Positions 29,883 through 39,890 of a DNA stretch of 64,000 nt are shown piece by piece. Positions within the stretch are counted from its first letter, which is position 1. Each line of letters begins with the position of its first letter. The translations under genes were made by a program, and so were the position numbers. The DNA is taken from positions 1 through 64,000 of the forward strand of contig CAVUPH010000032.1 in NCBI GenBank assembly GCA_963743305.1, given 5' to 3'. This DNA is from an uncultured delta proteobacterium (GTDB lineage: Bacteria > Desulfobacterota > RBG-13-43-22). Under the pieces are notes generated by a model. That model was given only the letters and a program-made list of their open reading frames with translations, had not been told where the DNA came from and ran no database searches.

Positions 29883-30083
29883 AAAAACTCGAAATCCGAA
29901 ATCCGAAATCCGAAACAAATCCAAATGACCGAAATTCAAAATTCAAAACATACTTCCTGTAGTTTCCGCGGTCCATTTGGGAATCTGATCCACCCTTATA
30001 TCCCGGCAGGGGAGGTTGTTTCGGTTATTTGGATTTTGAACATTGTTGTTTGTTTCGAATTTCGTGCTTCGAATTTCGAATTT
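29883..30083. repeat. Heptamer-based long imperfect inverted repeat element
   Basis: (GAAATCC)3 GAAACAAAT...AATTCAAAAC on the left arm; GTTTCGG..TTTGTTTCGAATTTCGTGCTTCGAATTTCGAATTT on the right arm. Confidence 0.75.
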
Positions 30084-30110
30084 AAAAATGCCATGGCCTG
30101 ACTGTGCAAT

Positions 30111-30764
30111 TTATTTTTTAAGGGTGCGCAATTTAGCCAATTCCCAGACATAATCGTAGAGATGCAACCCTTTGCTGGCGGCGACGATCTGGCCGTCCTC
30201 CACCCCGATCTCCTGGGCCATATATTCCTTCAGCATTTGTATGGCGGCCAGGTTGGCCGGGAAACCGTTCCAAAGATCCCAGGAGCGGAAATAAACAAAA
30301 AAATGGAGTCGCCCGTCACGGATGCGGGTGTCGATTCCCCGGAGGCAGGGAGGGTCTTTCAAATAGATGGCCTGGGGATTTCCCACGGTCATGTAGGCCT
30401 GGTTGGTCCCGTAGCCGTCTTCTTTATACATGCGGATGACTTCCTGAATCTGGGACTCCAAATACTGGCCGTACGTGTAATCCTCGTTGTCCTGTTTGAC
30501 GGCCGTCATCAAATAGGGCAGATATTGTTCCACATAGCCCTCGGCCACCGGGTTGGGGATCCCCAGATTCGGCGGGATGTCGGGAATCAACGGCCGGGTT
30601 CCCGGGTGCTTGATCTGAACGGTCAGATAATCGAATTCCAACCTTTTTTGTCCTTCGCAGCTTCCCCGGTCGATCACGTATTCCCGGCCGTGTTCCAGAA
30701 TCTCGTATACGGATTGAAACCAGGCATCCGGCAGGTCTCGGGCCTTAATAAAATTCAGCTTCAT
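30111..30764 (-). CDS. thyA: Thymidylate synthase, short form
   Basis: YTYG, DPPCLR, YFRSWD, FPAN, LHLY; ATG 30764 with a GAGG RBS. Confidence 0.85.
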   Translation of the reverse strand: MKLNFIKARDLPDAWFQSVYEILEHGREYVIDRGSCEGQKRLEFDYLTVQIKHPGTRPLIPDIPPNLGIPNPVAEGYVEQYLPYLMTAVKQDNEDYTYGQYLESQIQEVIRMYKEDGYGTNQAYMTVGNPQAIYLKDPPCLRGIDTRIRDGRLHFFVYFRSWDLWNGFPANLAAIQMLKEYMAQEIGVEDGQIVAASKGLHLYDYVWELAKLRTLKK

Positions 30765-30876
30765 AATAAAACCTCTCCTATTTTGATACTTCGCATCATG
30801 GGTTGGGTACCTCCCGCCAAATTTGGTAGGGCCGATTTCAGACTGGGTTACCCCATATTGTGGCCAGCCAATCCGC

Positions 30877-33333
30877 TCAGGGATGGAGAGAATGCATCCG
30901 TTTTTGCGCGTACATTCGATCATCGGCTATTTTCAGAATCCCCTCATAATCGCTATTTCGGGAGGCCACCCCGATCGAAAGGCCGAGCAGGGGCTTATGG
31001 GGGGGTATCGCCACTTCTCTGGCCTTTTGCTCAATGCGCTCGGCGATCTTCAAGGCTTCGGATTCAGTGGTTTCGATCAAAATGACTAGAAACTCATCCC
31101 CTCCGTACCGTCCGACGATATCAATGTTCCGACAACTTTTTTGAATTAACCCGGCCACCTCTTTCAAGACCTGATCCCCGACGCCATGACCGAAGGTATC
31201 GTTGATTTGTTTGAAATGATCCACGTCGATCATCATCAATCCCAGATAGCCCCCAAGTCTACGACAACGGTTGATCTCCTCACTCAACCGTTCTTCCAGA
31301 TAGCGCCGGTTGAAGGCCCCGGTCAAGCCATCCATCCGGCTCAATTCGACCAGGGCCTGATTCAAATGTTGGGTCTCCTGGTAAATCCGGGCATTATTGA
31401 TAGCTCCGGCCAAAATGGGCGCCAGTTGCTGAAAAAAATCGATTTCGTCCGGAGAAAAGGCCTGGGGCTCCGGGTAGGCGATATTGAGGATACCGATGAC
31501 CCGTTCCTGTATTTTTAAGGGAAAAACCGCTATGGATCCGATCCCGCCCTTTTCCTGGGAAGATAAGAGGGCCTGGGGAAAGTTGCCGTAGTCCGGGACA
31601 ACCAGAGATTCCCCGGTCCGGGCCGCCTGGCCGGAGGCGCCCTGGCCCAGGGGGATTTTATTATGATCCCGGATATGGTCAGGCGGGTAGCCAACTTGCA
31701 CCAGGTACTCCAGTTCCCGGGTTCCTTCATTCAAAATCAAGATACCGATCATGGGGACCTGGAATTTTCGAATGATCATCTCCACCGCCCGGTTGAGCAA
31801 GGTGTTCAAATCCAGGGACCGGTTGACCTCTTCGGAGAGGGCGTAATGGAATTCCAACTGCTCCTTCTTTTCCTGGAGATCCGTTTCGATTCGTCGTCTC
31901 TCGCTGATATCCAACAAAGCCCCGTGCATCGCCGGCTCATTCCGGTAGTTGAGCCCGGTCCCGATGACTTCTACTTGGATCGGGCGTCCGTCTTTTCGGA
32001 TCCCCTCCCAGATGAAGTGGGCCATTTCACCAGGTTCCGATTCCAGGTTCCCAATGAGGCCACGTACCCTTTCCCGCTCCTTCGGCGCCACCAATTCATA
32101 AACATCCTCCAGGGAAATCAATTCCTCGGGGGTGTAACCGAAGATCTCCCCCAGACGGGGATTGACGAAGGCAAATCGATCCTTCTGAATCAAAAATACG
32201 CCCACCAATGATCCCTCGACCAGGGCCCGGTACTTCCCTTCCGACTCGCCCAAAGAATGGAGGCTTTCATTCAGCTTGCCGCTCATTTCCCTGAAATTCC
32301 GGCCCAATTCTCCAATTTCATCCGATCGGGTCAGGATGCCTGGGGGTTCCTCCCAAGTTTCCCCTTTGAATTGTCGGATACTGTGGCTGAGGGCCTGAAT
32401 AGGCCTTACCAATATGCCCATCCCCCAGATCCCTAACCCGATGGCGGCGATCAGGGCCAGCAACAGGGCCAGGACGACCTCCCGTCGCAAAGACTTCAAA
32501 GGGGCTAAAATTTCCCGGGATTCTGTCTGCAGGGCCACGATCCAGTCCACGCCCGCCATTCGATAAAAGGAAATCCAGACCTCATTCTCATCCCGATTGG
32601 CGAGGCAAATCGTTCCTGCGCCCTTTTGAGGAAACAGTTCGGGAGAGATTCGATATCCAGACAACCGAGCCTGATTCATGATAATTCCCGGGTCGGGGTG
32701 AAAAATCAGTTGCCCCCTCGAATCGTAAATTAATATTTTTCCGGTTTGGCCGATCCGGTTCCCCTTAAAAATGCCGAACATGTTATCCCGCAGCAAATTC
32801 ACGGACCCGGCTATCAGGCCAAAAAATTTCCCGTCATAACTCCGGAGGGGAGCAGTAAAGGTGATTACCGGCGCCCCGGTGCGTTTGGAAATATACGTCT
32901 TGGAAATGACCGGACGTTTTTCATCCCGGGTCTTTTGAAAATATTCCCGGAAGGAAAAATCCTTTCCCAAGAAATCCATTCCGATCGGGTAGTCCGCCAA
33001 TCCTTGGCCTTGGGCGTTAAGGATAAAAAAACCATTGTCAAAATTAGAATTATGATAAGAAGCGGATTCCAGATAAGACTCGAGCCGGTCGTGTTTCTCT
33101 TCCTTGATCCAGGAAAAATCCAGATGAGCGGCAATATTCAATAGATCGGTTTGGGCGGTGCGAATACCGGCATCGAGACGTTCACCGAGCAGACTGACAA
33201 TTTCTTCCTGCCGCTGTTGGGCCTGCCTCAGCAGGGCCTTTTCCAGAAAATAATAGAAATAGATGACCTGTCCTAAAAAAACAGCGACCAGGAGGATCGA
33301 TAAAAAAAGAGAGGCTTTGGTTCTTAGTTTCAT
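30877..33333 (-). CDS. Diguanylate cyclase (Cache-HAMP-PAS-GAF-GGDEF)
   Basis: FSFREYF Cache motif, DEIGEL HAMP, PAS, GAF, RNID I-site, GGDEF. Confidence 0.93.
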   Translation of the reverse strand: MKLRTKASLFLSILLVAVFLGQVIYFYYFLEKALLRQAQQRQEEIVSLLGERLDAGIRTAQTDLLNIAAHLDFSWIKEEKHDRLESYLESASYHNSNFDNGFFILNAQGQGLADYPIGMDFLGKDFSFREYFQKTRDEKRPVISKTYISKRTGAPVITFTAPLRSYDGKFFGLIAGSVNLLRDNMFGIFKGNRIGQTGKILIYDSRGQLIFHPDPGIIMNQARLSGYRISPELFPQKGAGTICLANRDENEVWISFYRMAGVDWIVALQTESREILAPLKSLRREVVLALLLALIAAIGLGIWGMGILVRPIQALSHSIRQFKGETWEEPPGILTRSDEIGELGRNFREMSGKLNESLHSLGESEGKYRALVEGSLVGVFLIQKDRFAFVNPRLGEIFGYTPEELISLEDVYELVAPKERERVRGLIGNLESEPGEMAHFIWEGIRKDGRPIQVEVIGTGLNYRNEPAMHGALLDISERRRIETDLQEKKEQLEFHYALSEEVNRSLDLNTLLNRAVEMIIRKFQVPMIGILILNEGTRELEYLVQVGYPPDHIRDHNKIPLGQGASGQAARTGESLVVPDYGNFPQALLSSQEKGGIGSIAVFPLKIQERVIGILNIAYPEPQAFSPDEIDFFQQLAPILAGAINNARIYQETQHLNQALVELSRMDGLTGAFNRRYLEERLSEEINRCRRLGGYLGLMMIDVDHFKQINDTFGHGVGDQVLKEVAGLIQKSCRNIDIVGRYGGDEFLVILIETTESEALKIAERIEQKAREVAIPPHKPLLGLSIGVASRNSDYEGILKIADDRMYAQKRMHSLHP

Positions 33334-33489
33334 TGCATCCTTGGCGGAAGAATCTATTGACTGAACGCCGGCCGGCAGTGGGACCAATCGATAAATTTCT
33401 ATTATGATTCCTGTAACTTGTCAATCTATTTGTTCCCGGGAACCGAAAGGCATTGACAACTCGGAAAGGCTCTTCCATAATTTACCATT

Positions 33490-34701
33490 ATGGCCAATGA
33501 TTTTAGCCACCCCGGCCTTTACCTGCCGGCCTTCGAGATTGAACGTCGCCTGCAAGGATTTCAGGAAACGATGGTTCAGGATGGGTTCGAGGGGGCCCTG
33601 CTATTCCAGAACCTGGATCGCTTTTACTTTTCCGGGACCATGCAGCCGGGGGTGCTTTTTCTCCAACCCCAGGGAGAACCGATCCTTTTTGTCCGAAAGA
33701 ATATCGATCGGGCCCGGGAGGAATCCTCCCTGGAAAGAATTGTGCCCCTGACTTCCCTGCGGGACCTTCCGGCCAGCCTGCTGGAAATGGACATTCCCCT
33801 GCCTCAGTCCCTGGGATTGGAACTGGATATCTTACCGGCCCAGACCTACCTGCAACTTGAAACCCTTTTCCCTGCGGTCCCCCTGCTGGACATCAGCATC
33901 CAGCTCCGTCGTTGCCGGATGATTAAATCCTCCTGGGAGATTGAAAATCTGAGGAAAGCCGGGAAAATGATCGCCGACCTGGTCCAGGCCATGCCCTCCT
34001 TATTAAAACCCCGCCTGACTGAACTGGAATTAGCCGGACGCCTGGAATCTTTCCTACGGCATCGAGGGCATCAGGGCTTCATTCGAACCCGGGGGTTCAA
34101 CCAGGAAGTGTTTTATGGGCATATACTTTCCGGCAAGGAAGGCACCCAGGCTTCCTACATCGATTCCCCTTCCGGTGGCCTGGGAACCGGTCCGGCTTTC
34201 AGCCAGGGGGCGGGATTTAAGGTCCTCCGTCCCCGGGAACCGATCAGTATCGATTACTGCGGCTGCTTTAACGGATATATCGTCGACCAAACCCGCATGT
34301 TTTCCCTGGGAGAACCTTCGGCAGCGGTCCGGGAAGCCTATCAGGCCATGGTGGAAGTCCAGGAATTTATTAAAAAAAGAACTTATCCGGGGATAACCGG
34401 GGAACAAGTCTACCATTGGGCGCTGGAAGCGGCCTCCCAATTGGGATACCGGGACTTTTTTATGGGTTCCGGCGCCGACCGAGCCGCCTACGTGGGGCAC
34501 GGAGTCGGTCTGGAACTGGATGAATTACCTTTGCTGGCCCCCAAATTTAATTGGCCTCTGCTGGAAAATATGGTTTTTGCTTTTGAACCCAAAGTCATTT
34601 TGCCGGAGGTAGGACTGGTCGGGGTTGAGAATACCTTCCTCCTGACCCAACAAGGTCTTGAACCCCTGACTACGGCACCCGAGAACTTCCAAGTCTTATA
34701 A
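33490..34701 (+). CDS. M24 family (Xaa-Pro) peptidase
   Basis: RMIKS.WEI, GYIVDQTR, GHGVGLELDE, FEPK, GVEN. Confidence 0.9.
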   Translation: MANDFSHPGLYLPAFEIERRLQGFQETMVQDGFEGALLFQNLDRFYFSGTMQPGVLFLQPQGEPILFVRKNIDRAREESSLERIVPLTSLRDLPASLLEMDIPLPQSLGLELDILPAQTYLQLETLFPAVPLLDISIQLRRCRMIKSSWEIENLRKAGKMIADLVQAMPSLLKPRLTELELAGRLESFLRHRGHQGFIRTRGFNQEVFYGHILSGKEGTQASYIDSPSGGLGTGPAFSQGAGFKVLRPREPISIDYCGCFNGYIVDQTRMFSLGEPSAAVREAYQAMVEVQEFIKKRTYPGITGEQVYHWALEAASQLGYRDFFMGSGADRAAYVGHGVGLELDELPLLAPKFNWPLLENMVFAFEPKVILPEVGLVGVENTFLLTQQGLEPLTTAPENFQVL

Positions 34702-34881
34702 GTGACGCTTCTTCGCCCTTTCGGATAGGCACTTCCCCATATCTGGTAAGGCCGCCTGAGTCTCTTGAAAAGAGTATTCCAAAGGCCAGCCGGACTCCGA
34801 TTCCGGGTTCAAAACACCAACTTTTTTGAATGGCCGATCCAGAACCGGAGGCCTTTGCCGCCTCCCAAAAGGATGGTTTGC

Positions 34882-36627
34882 ATGAATGCCCGTCGAGTTC
34901 GAGATCTGATATTAACGGCCCAGGGTCGAAAAAAGGCCGATGTGGTCATCGAAAACATCCAATTAGTCAATGTGTACTCCCGAGAAATCCAACCCTCGTT
35001 CTCAGTCGGCCTCTCTCAAGACCGCATCGCCTATGTGGGTCCCGAGCCCGACCATCTTAAGGGACCCAAAACACGGGTAGTGCCCGGGGGGGGACAATAC
35101 CTCCTCCCGGGATTTATCGACGCTCATACCCATTTAGACAATATCTTTACCTTAAGGGCCTACTCCCCTTATGCCTTAGCCACGGGAAATACCTCGGCGA
35201 TAACGGAAATGGCCATGGTCGCCAATGTTCTGGGAAAACCCGGAGTGGATTGGTTCATGGAAGAGGCCGGCCGCCAGCCCCTGAGGACATTCTTTTTAGC
35301 CCCGTCCCTGACCCCTCCCTACCCCAAAATAGAAACCAGCCGCGGGTTGTCTCGGGAAGCATTCCGCCGGATCTTGAAAAATCCCTTGGTCCTGGGGGTT
35401 GGAGAGGCCTACTGGCCCCGGGTTACCGGTCTGGATCCCCGGGCCATGTCCGCTTATGCCCTGGCCCACCGCCTGAATAAAACCCGGGAGGGCCACGCCG
35501 CCGGGGCCCGGGAGAAAAACTTGATGGCTTATACGGCCGCCGGCACGAGCTCCTGCCATGAGGCGACAACCCTGGACGAGGCCTTGGAGCGGCTGCGCCT
35601 GGGTCTGGCGGTCATGATTCGGGAAGGATTTGTCCGCCGGGAATTCGAGGCGATCGCCCCGATTGCCCGGCAAGGGGTTGATCTGCACCGGGTGATGATC
35701 GTCTCGGATCTGTTTGACCCGGCCGACCTGGTGCAAGGCCGGGGGATGAATGCCCTGCTGGCCAAGGCCGTGGAATTGGGGGTGGATCCCCTGGTGGCGG
35801 TGCAAATGGTCACCCGAAACGTTGCCGATTATTACGGCCTGCGGGACCTGGGCGGGGTGGCCCCGGGGAAGATAGCCGATCTCGTGCTGGTGGAAGACCT
35901 GCGCGACTTTGAATGCCGCCAAGTGTGGGTGGGGGGCCGACTGGCCGTGGATCGGGGGCGGCCGCTGCTTTCTGCGGACCCCTTTGTCTACCCGCCCGAG
36001 GCCCGCCGATCTTTTGCCCTCTCCCGAATCGAGCCGGGGATATTGGCCTTGCCGGCACCGCAACCGGAAACCACCGTCCGGATAGTCAAAGCCGTGGGCT
36101 TCACCATCACCCGGGAGTCCACCGCCCGATTGCTGAGTCAAAACGGATTCTTGGAGGCGGATCCCCGGCAGGACGTATTGAAAATGGCGGTTTTTCAGCG
36201 GTTTGATGCGCTGCCCCGTCCGGCATTGGGTTTTGCCCAGGGGATCGGTCTGAAAAAAGGGGCGGTGGCCACCAGTCTGGGTTGGGACGCCAATAATCTC
36301 CTGGTGATCGGGGTCAGCGACCGGGAAATGGCCTTGGCGGTGAACCGCCTGTTGGATTTAAACGGCGGCCTGGTGGTGGCCGCCGGGGAGCAGGTGCTGG
36401 CGGAGATGCCGCTGCCGATCATGGGAATAATTTCCGAGGAACCCTTGCCCGTCCTGCAACGGCAGATCCAAGACCTGGAGCAGGCCTTCCGAACATTAGG
36501 GTCCGACCTGGAACGCCCTTTCCTGACCCTGCAAACCTTTTGCTTTACCGGCTTGCCCTTTATCCGGCTGACCGACAAAGGTCTGGCCGATATCCGAGGG
36601 GAAAAGTTGCTAACCCTGTTCCTTTAA
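34882..36627 (+). CDS. ade: Adenine deaminase family protein
   Basis: PGFIDAHTH, EGH, SCHE, MIREG, APGKIADLV, LAEMPLPIMGIIS. Confidence 0.85.
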   Translation: MNARRVRDLILTAQGRKKADVVIENIQLVNVYSREIQPSFSVGLSQDRIAYVGPEPDHLKGPKTRVVPGGGQYLLPGFIDAHTHLDNIFTLRAYSPYALATGNTSAITEMAMVANVLGKPGVDWFMEEAGRQPLRTFFLAPSLTPPYPKIETSRGLSREAFRRILKNPLVLGVGEAYWPRVTGLDPRAMSAYALAHRLNKTREGHAAGAREKNLMAYTAAGTSSCHEATTLDEALERLRLGLAVMIREGFVRREFEAIAPIARQGVDLHRVMIVSDLFDPADLVQGRGMNALLAKAVELGVDPLVAVQMVTRNVADYYGLRDLGGVAPGKIADLVLVEDLRDFECRQVWVGGRLAVDRGRPLLSADPFVYPPEARRSFALSRIEPGILALPAPQPETTVRIVKAVGFTITRESTARLLSQNGFLEADPRQDVLKMAVFQRFDALPRPALGFAQGIGLKKGAVATSLGWDANNLLVIGVSDREMALAVNRLLDLNGGLVVAAGEQVLAEMPLPIMGIISEEPLPVLQRQIQDLEQAFRTLGSDLERPFLTLQTFCFTGLPFIRLTDKGLADIRGEKLLTLFL

Positions 36628-36659
36628 ATCAGAATTTTTTTTGACAGGAGGAAATTACG

Positions 36660-38120
36660 GTGACCGAGTCGTTAGTCTGGGAAAACATCATTCTGGGCCT
36701 GAAGAGGACCACAAAAGATTTTCTCGAAACCGTATTAGAGAACTTGAGCGAATCCATCATAGTGACTGATCTGGAGGGAAAGATTGTCTATTTCAATAAA
36801 GGCTCAGAGAAGATATTCGGGTACCCGCCGGAAGAGATTCTGGGTAGACCTATCATCACCCTAGGGGTAAAGAAACCGAATGTCCTGGAGGAGATACGGA
36901 AGGGGAAGACATTTCGGGGTGAACTGGTCCACACCAGAAAGGGTGGCGAACGCTGCCCAACCTATGTGATCTGTATACCGCTTAAAGACGAACATGAAAG
37001 ACCGATAGCCATGGTGGGTTCCGCCAGAGACCTAACGGAAGAAAAAGAGATAAACCGGTTGAGGGCGTTTAATGAGATGGTCGTTACTTCTTTAAATGAT
37101 GGGATCCAGATAATAGATAAGAGCGGCCAGATCACTTTTATCAACCACAGGTTTGAAGAAATTATCGGGGCGCGGAGAGAGGAGATCATCGGTCGGCATT
37201 ATCAAAGTTTTGTGGCCAAAGAAGTTTTGGATAAATTCATAAAGGAAATGGAAGCCTGGGATCCGCAAACGGGGAAGAAAGTATTAGAGACCACCTACGT
37301 GACAAAAGACCAGACCAGGATACCGGTCTTGGTGAGTACCTCCTATTTACAAAATGACAAAGAGTACGATGGCATGATCAGCGCGGTCACGGATATCACG
37401 GAGATAAAAATCCTTAAAGAAGAGCTTTTCCAGTCGGAAAAGATGACGCTGCTGGGAAAACTGGCCGGAGAGATAGCCCATGAGATCAATAACCCGCTGA
37501 GTGGACTTATCATTGCTACCCAAATGCTGATAGAGGATAGCCAGGCGGGACCCATAGACCGCCAAGGGCTGCTGAAAGAGTTGATGGGGATTGAGGATGA
37601 CGCCCGGCGCTGTAAGAAGTTCATCGAAAAGGTCCTCGGTTTCTCTCGGATGATACCGGAAGAAAAAAAGATATTGAATCTCAATGACACTATTGAGGAT
37701 GCACTCCTTTTGGTCCAGCGCCAGGCGAAATTCGACAATGTGTCCGTCGTCAAGGTATTCTCCACTGCGGACCTCTTGATCTGGGGCAACTCCAACAACC
37801 TCCAGCAAGTCATTATCAATCTGGTGAATAACGCCCGAGAAGCGCTTTCTCCCTTGGGAGGAACGGTGACGATCAAGACCTCGGCCCTCATCGAGAAACG
37901 TAAAAAGTGGGCCTCGATAGAGATCAATGACACCGGCAAAGGCATTCCCGAGGCGGTGCTGGCCAAGATATTCGATTCATTTTTCACCACCAAAAAGAAA
38001 GGTACCGGATTAGGGCTATCAGTCAGCAAGCGGATTATCGAGGAGCACGGGGGGACCATCACGGCGTCCAACTTGAAGGAGGGCTGGACTTCCTTTGTCG
38101 TTACCCTGCCGGGCAAGTAG
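36660..38120 (+). CDS. Cytoplasmic PAS-PAS sensor histidine kinase (NtrB-like)
   Basis: Two PAS domains, AHEINNPL, NLVNNA, DTGKGI, GTGLGL. Confidence 0.94.
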   Translation: MTESLVWENIILGLKRTTKDFLETVLENLSESIIVTDLEGKIVYFNKGSEKIFGYPPEEILGRPIITLGVKKPNVLEEIRKGKTFRGELVHTRKGGERCPTYVICIPLKDEHERPIAMVGSARDLTEEKEINRLRAFNEMVVTSLNDGIQIIDKSGQITFINHRFEEIIGARREEIIGRHYQSFVAKEVLDKFIKEMEAWDPQTGKKVLETTYVTKDQTRIPVLVSTSYLQNDKEYDGMISAVTDITEIKILKEELFQSEKMTLLGKLAGEIAHEINNPLSGLIIATQMLIEDSQAGPIDRQGLLKELMGIEDDARRCKKFIEKVLGFSRMIPEEKKILNLNDTIEDALLLVQRQAKFDNVSVVKVFSTADLLIWGNSNNLQQVIINLVNNAREALSPLGGTVTIKTSALIEKRKKWASIEINDTGKGIPEAVLAKIFDSFFTTKKKGTGLGLSVSKRIIEEHGGTITASNLKEGWTSFVVTLPGK

Positions 38121-38149
38121 CCACAGAGGATTAAGAGACCGAGGGGACC

Positions 38150-39550
38150 ATGATGAACGAAAAGTTCGAAGTGCTCATTGTTGACGACGACCCGAGCATA
38201 CGGAAAAGATGTGTTCAACTGCTCCACAAAAAAGGCTACCAAGTGGAAGGTATCAGCAGCGGTGATGTGGCCCTGCGCATTGTCAAGAGCCGTTACATCG
38301 GCCTGGTTGTGGCGGATATCCGCATGCCGGGACTTAATGGCCTAGAGCTGCTGGAAAAGATAAAAGGAATAAACCCAAGCACGGAAGTAATCATGATAAC
38401 GGGCTATGGGACCGTGGAAAGCGCAGTAAAAGCCATTAAGCTGGGGGCCTACGATTACCTCACCAAACCCTTCGACATGGACAAACTGCTCAAGGTGGTC
38501 GAAAACGTATCGACCAAATTCTCACTCAGCGAAGAGGTTCGCGTCCTCAGACAGCGACTCAATACGTATGCGGACACACCAAGCATCGTCAGTGCCAGCA
38601 ATCAGATGCATCGGATATTTAATCTCATCGAGAAGGTGGCGCCGATAGATTGCAATGTCCTCATCCAAGGTGAAAGCGGGACAGGCAAAGGTCTCATAGC
38701 CCAAGAGATCCACCGGAGGAGCCCGCGGGGCCTACAACAGTTTGTCATTGTGGATTGTGCCTCCCTGAGCGAAACCCTGCTGGAAAGTGAATTGTTCGGT
38801 TATGTGAAAGGAGCATTTACCGGTGCCTATGCCGATAAGGATGGCTACTTTAAAGTCGCCAACAGGGGGACTATATTTCTGGATGAGGTGGGGGAACTTT
38901 CAATGGCCCTCCAGGGCAAGCTGCTTCGAATCTCGCAAGACCATGAAATGATTCCAGTAGGAGGCACCAAACCGATTAAGATCAATGCCCGGATACTAGC
39001 CGCCACCAATAAAGATCTGGAGGGGTTGGTCCGAGCGGGTCTTTTTAGAGAGGATCTTTTCTTCCGTTTGAACGTGGTCAGGATCGACGTGCCTCCTCTT
39101 AGAAACAGGCAGGAAGATATACCTCTTCTGGCGCATTTCTTTCTTGAGAAATTCAAGACCCGGTTTCAGAAAACGAACTTGACACTGGATCAACAGGTCC
39201 TGGCTTTGATTCAATCCTACGAGTGGCCGGGAAATGTGCGCGAACTGGAGAATTTGATGCAGCACCTGGTCGTGGTGTCCGAGGACGCTATTATCAGCCC
39301 TGAATCCCTGCCCAAAAAAATGCAAAATGTTTTGGCAATTGAATTGAAAAAGGACCAGTCTTTTTTGGAAACGGATTTTACCAGTGCCAGAAAGATGTAT
39401 CTAGATCAATTCACTCGAAATTACCTTGTCCAAGGCCTCCGAAATAACCAAGGAAACATTTCAACTACCGCCAAACAGATAAATATCCCTCGATCGTCTC
39501 TCCAGAGAATGATCAAACGATTAGCGATAACCAAGACGGAGCTAATATAA
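38150..39550 (+). CDS. Sigma-54-dependent response regulator (NtrC family)
   Basis: REC domain, GESGTGK, GAFTGA, WPGNVREL, C-terminal HTH. Confidence 0.95.
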   Translation: MMNEKFEVLIVDDDPSIRKRCVQLLHKKGYQVEGISSGDVALRIVKSRYIGLVVADIRMPGLNGLELLEKIKGINPSTEVIMITGYGTVESAVKAIKLGAYDYLTKPFDMDKLLKVVENVSTKFSLSEEVRVLRQRLNTYADTPSIVSASNQMHRIFNLIEKVAPIDCNVLIQGESGTGKGLIAQEIHRRSPRGLQQFVIVDCASLSETLLESELFGYVKGAFTGAYADKDGYFKVANRGTIFLDEVGELSMALQGKLLRISQDHEMIPVGGTKPIKINARILAATNKDLEGLVRAGLFREDLFFRLNVVRIDVPPLRNRQEDIPLLAHFFLEKFKTRFQKTNLTLDQQVLALIQSYEWPGNVRELENLMQHLVVVSEDAIISPESLPKKMQNVLAIELKKDQSFLETDFTSARKMYLDQFTRNYLVQGLRNNQGNISTTAKQINIPRSSLQRMIKRLAITKTELI

Positions 39551-39568
39551 TCGCCCTTTTAGGCGGCC

Positions 39569-39721
39569 TGCTTCCCTATAGAAGCATCTGGACATCGAGG
39601 GGATATGAAAGAAATTCCTGTCGATAAGTAATTTTTATCATTTAATTTCAATTAGATAAAACATTTCCCTCCAGATATTTCTATTTATCCCTCTATTTTG
39701 AATTGCTTCCGCGAGGTAGCA
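39569..39721. promoter_or_regulatory. Two palindromic candidate activator sites TGCTTC-N6-GWAGCA
   Basis: TGCTTC-CCTATA-GAAGCA (39569-39586) and TGCTTC-CGCGAG-GTAGCA (39704-39721). Confidence 0.6.
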
Positions 39722-39786
39722 TCCGGAAACTGCCTACTAAATAGCTATTACGTTTAATAACAATAGGTTATGATAATAGAGCCGTT

Positions 39787-39803
39787 TTGGTAGGCTTTTT
39801 GCT
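39787..39803 (+). promoter_or_regulatory. Sigma-54 (-24/-12) promoter
   Basis: TTGG-TAGGCTTTTT-GCT (GG-N10-GC), just downstream of the NtrC-type activator gene. Confidence 0.75.
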
Positions 39804-39890
39804 ATACCACAATCCAACTACAAAATAGATACCTGCGGGCACACGCCCGTGTTCCTCAGCGTCCATGTTTGATAGCATAGGAGCTTCAAT

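Noticed and set aside
29883-30083. CRISPR array
   Set aside because: 7-nt tandem units without unique spacers; no cas genes in the window
30162-31085. Long plus-strand ORF and other long antisense ORFs (e.g. 35296..36141, 37343..38242, 60622..61512)
   Set aside because: They overlap well-supported genes on the opposite strand; typical of GC-rich codon bias
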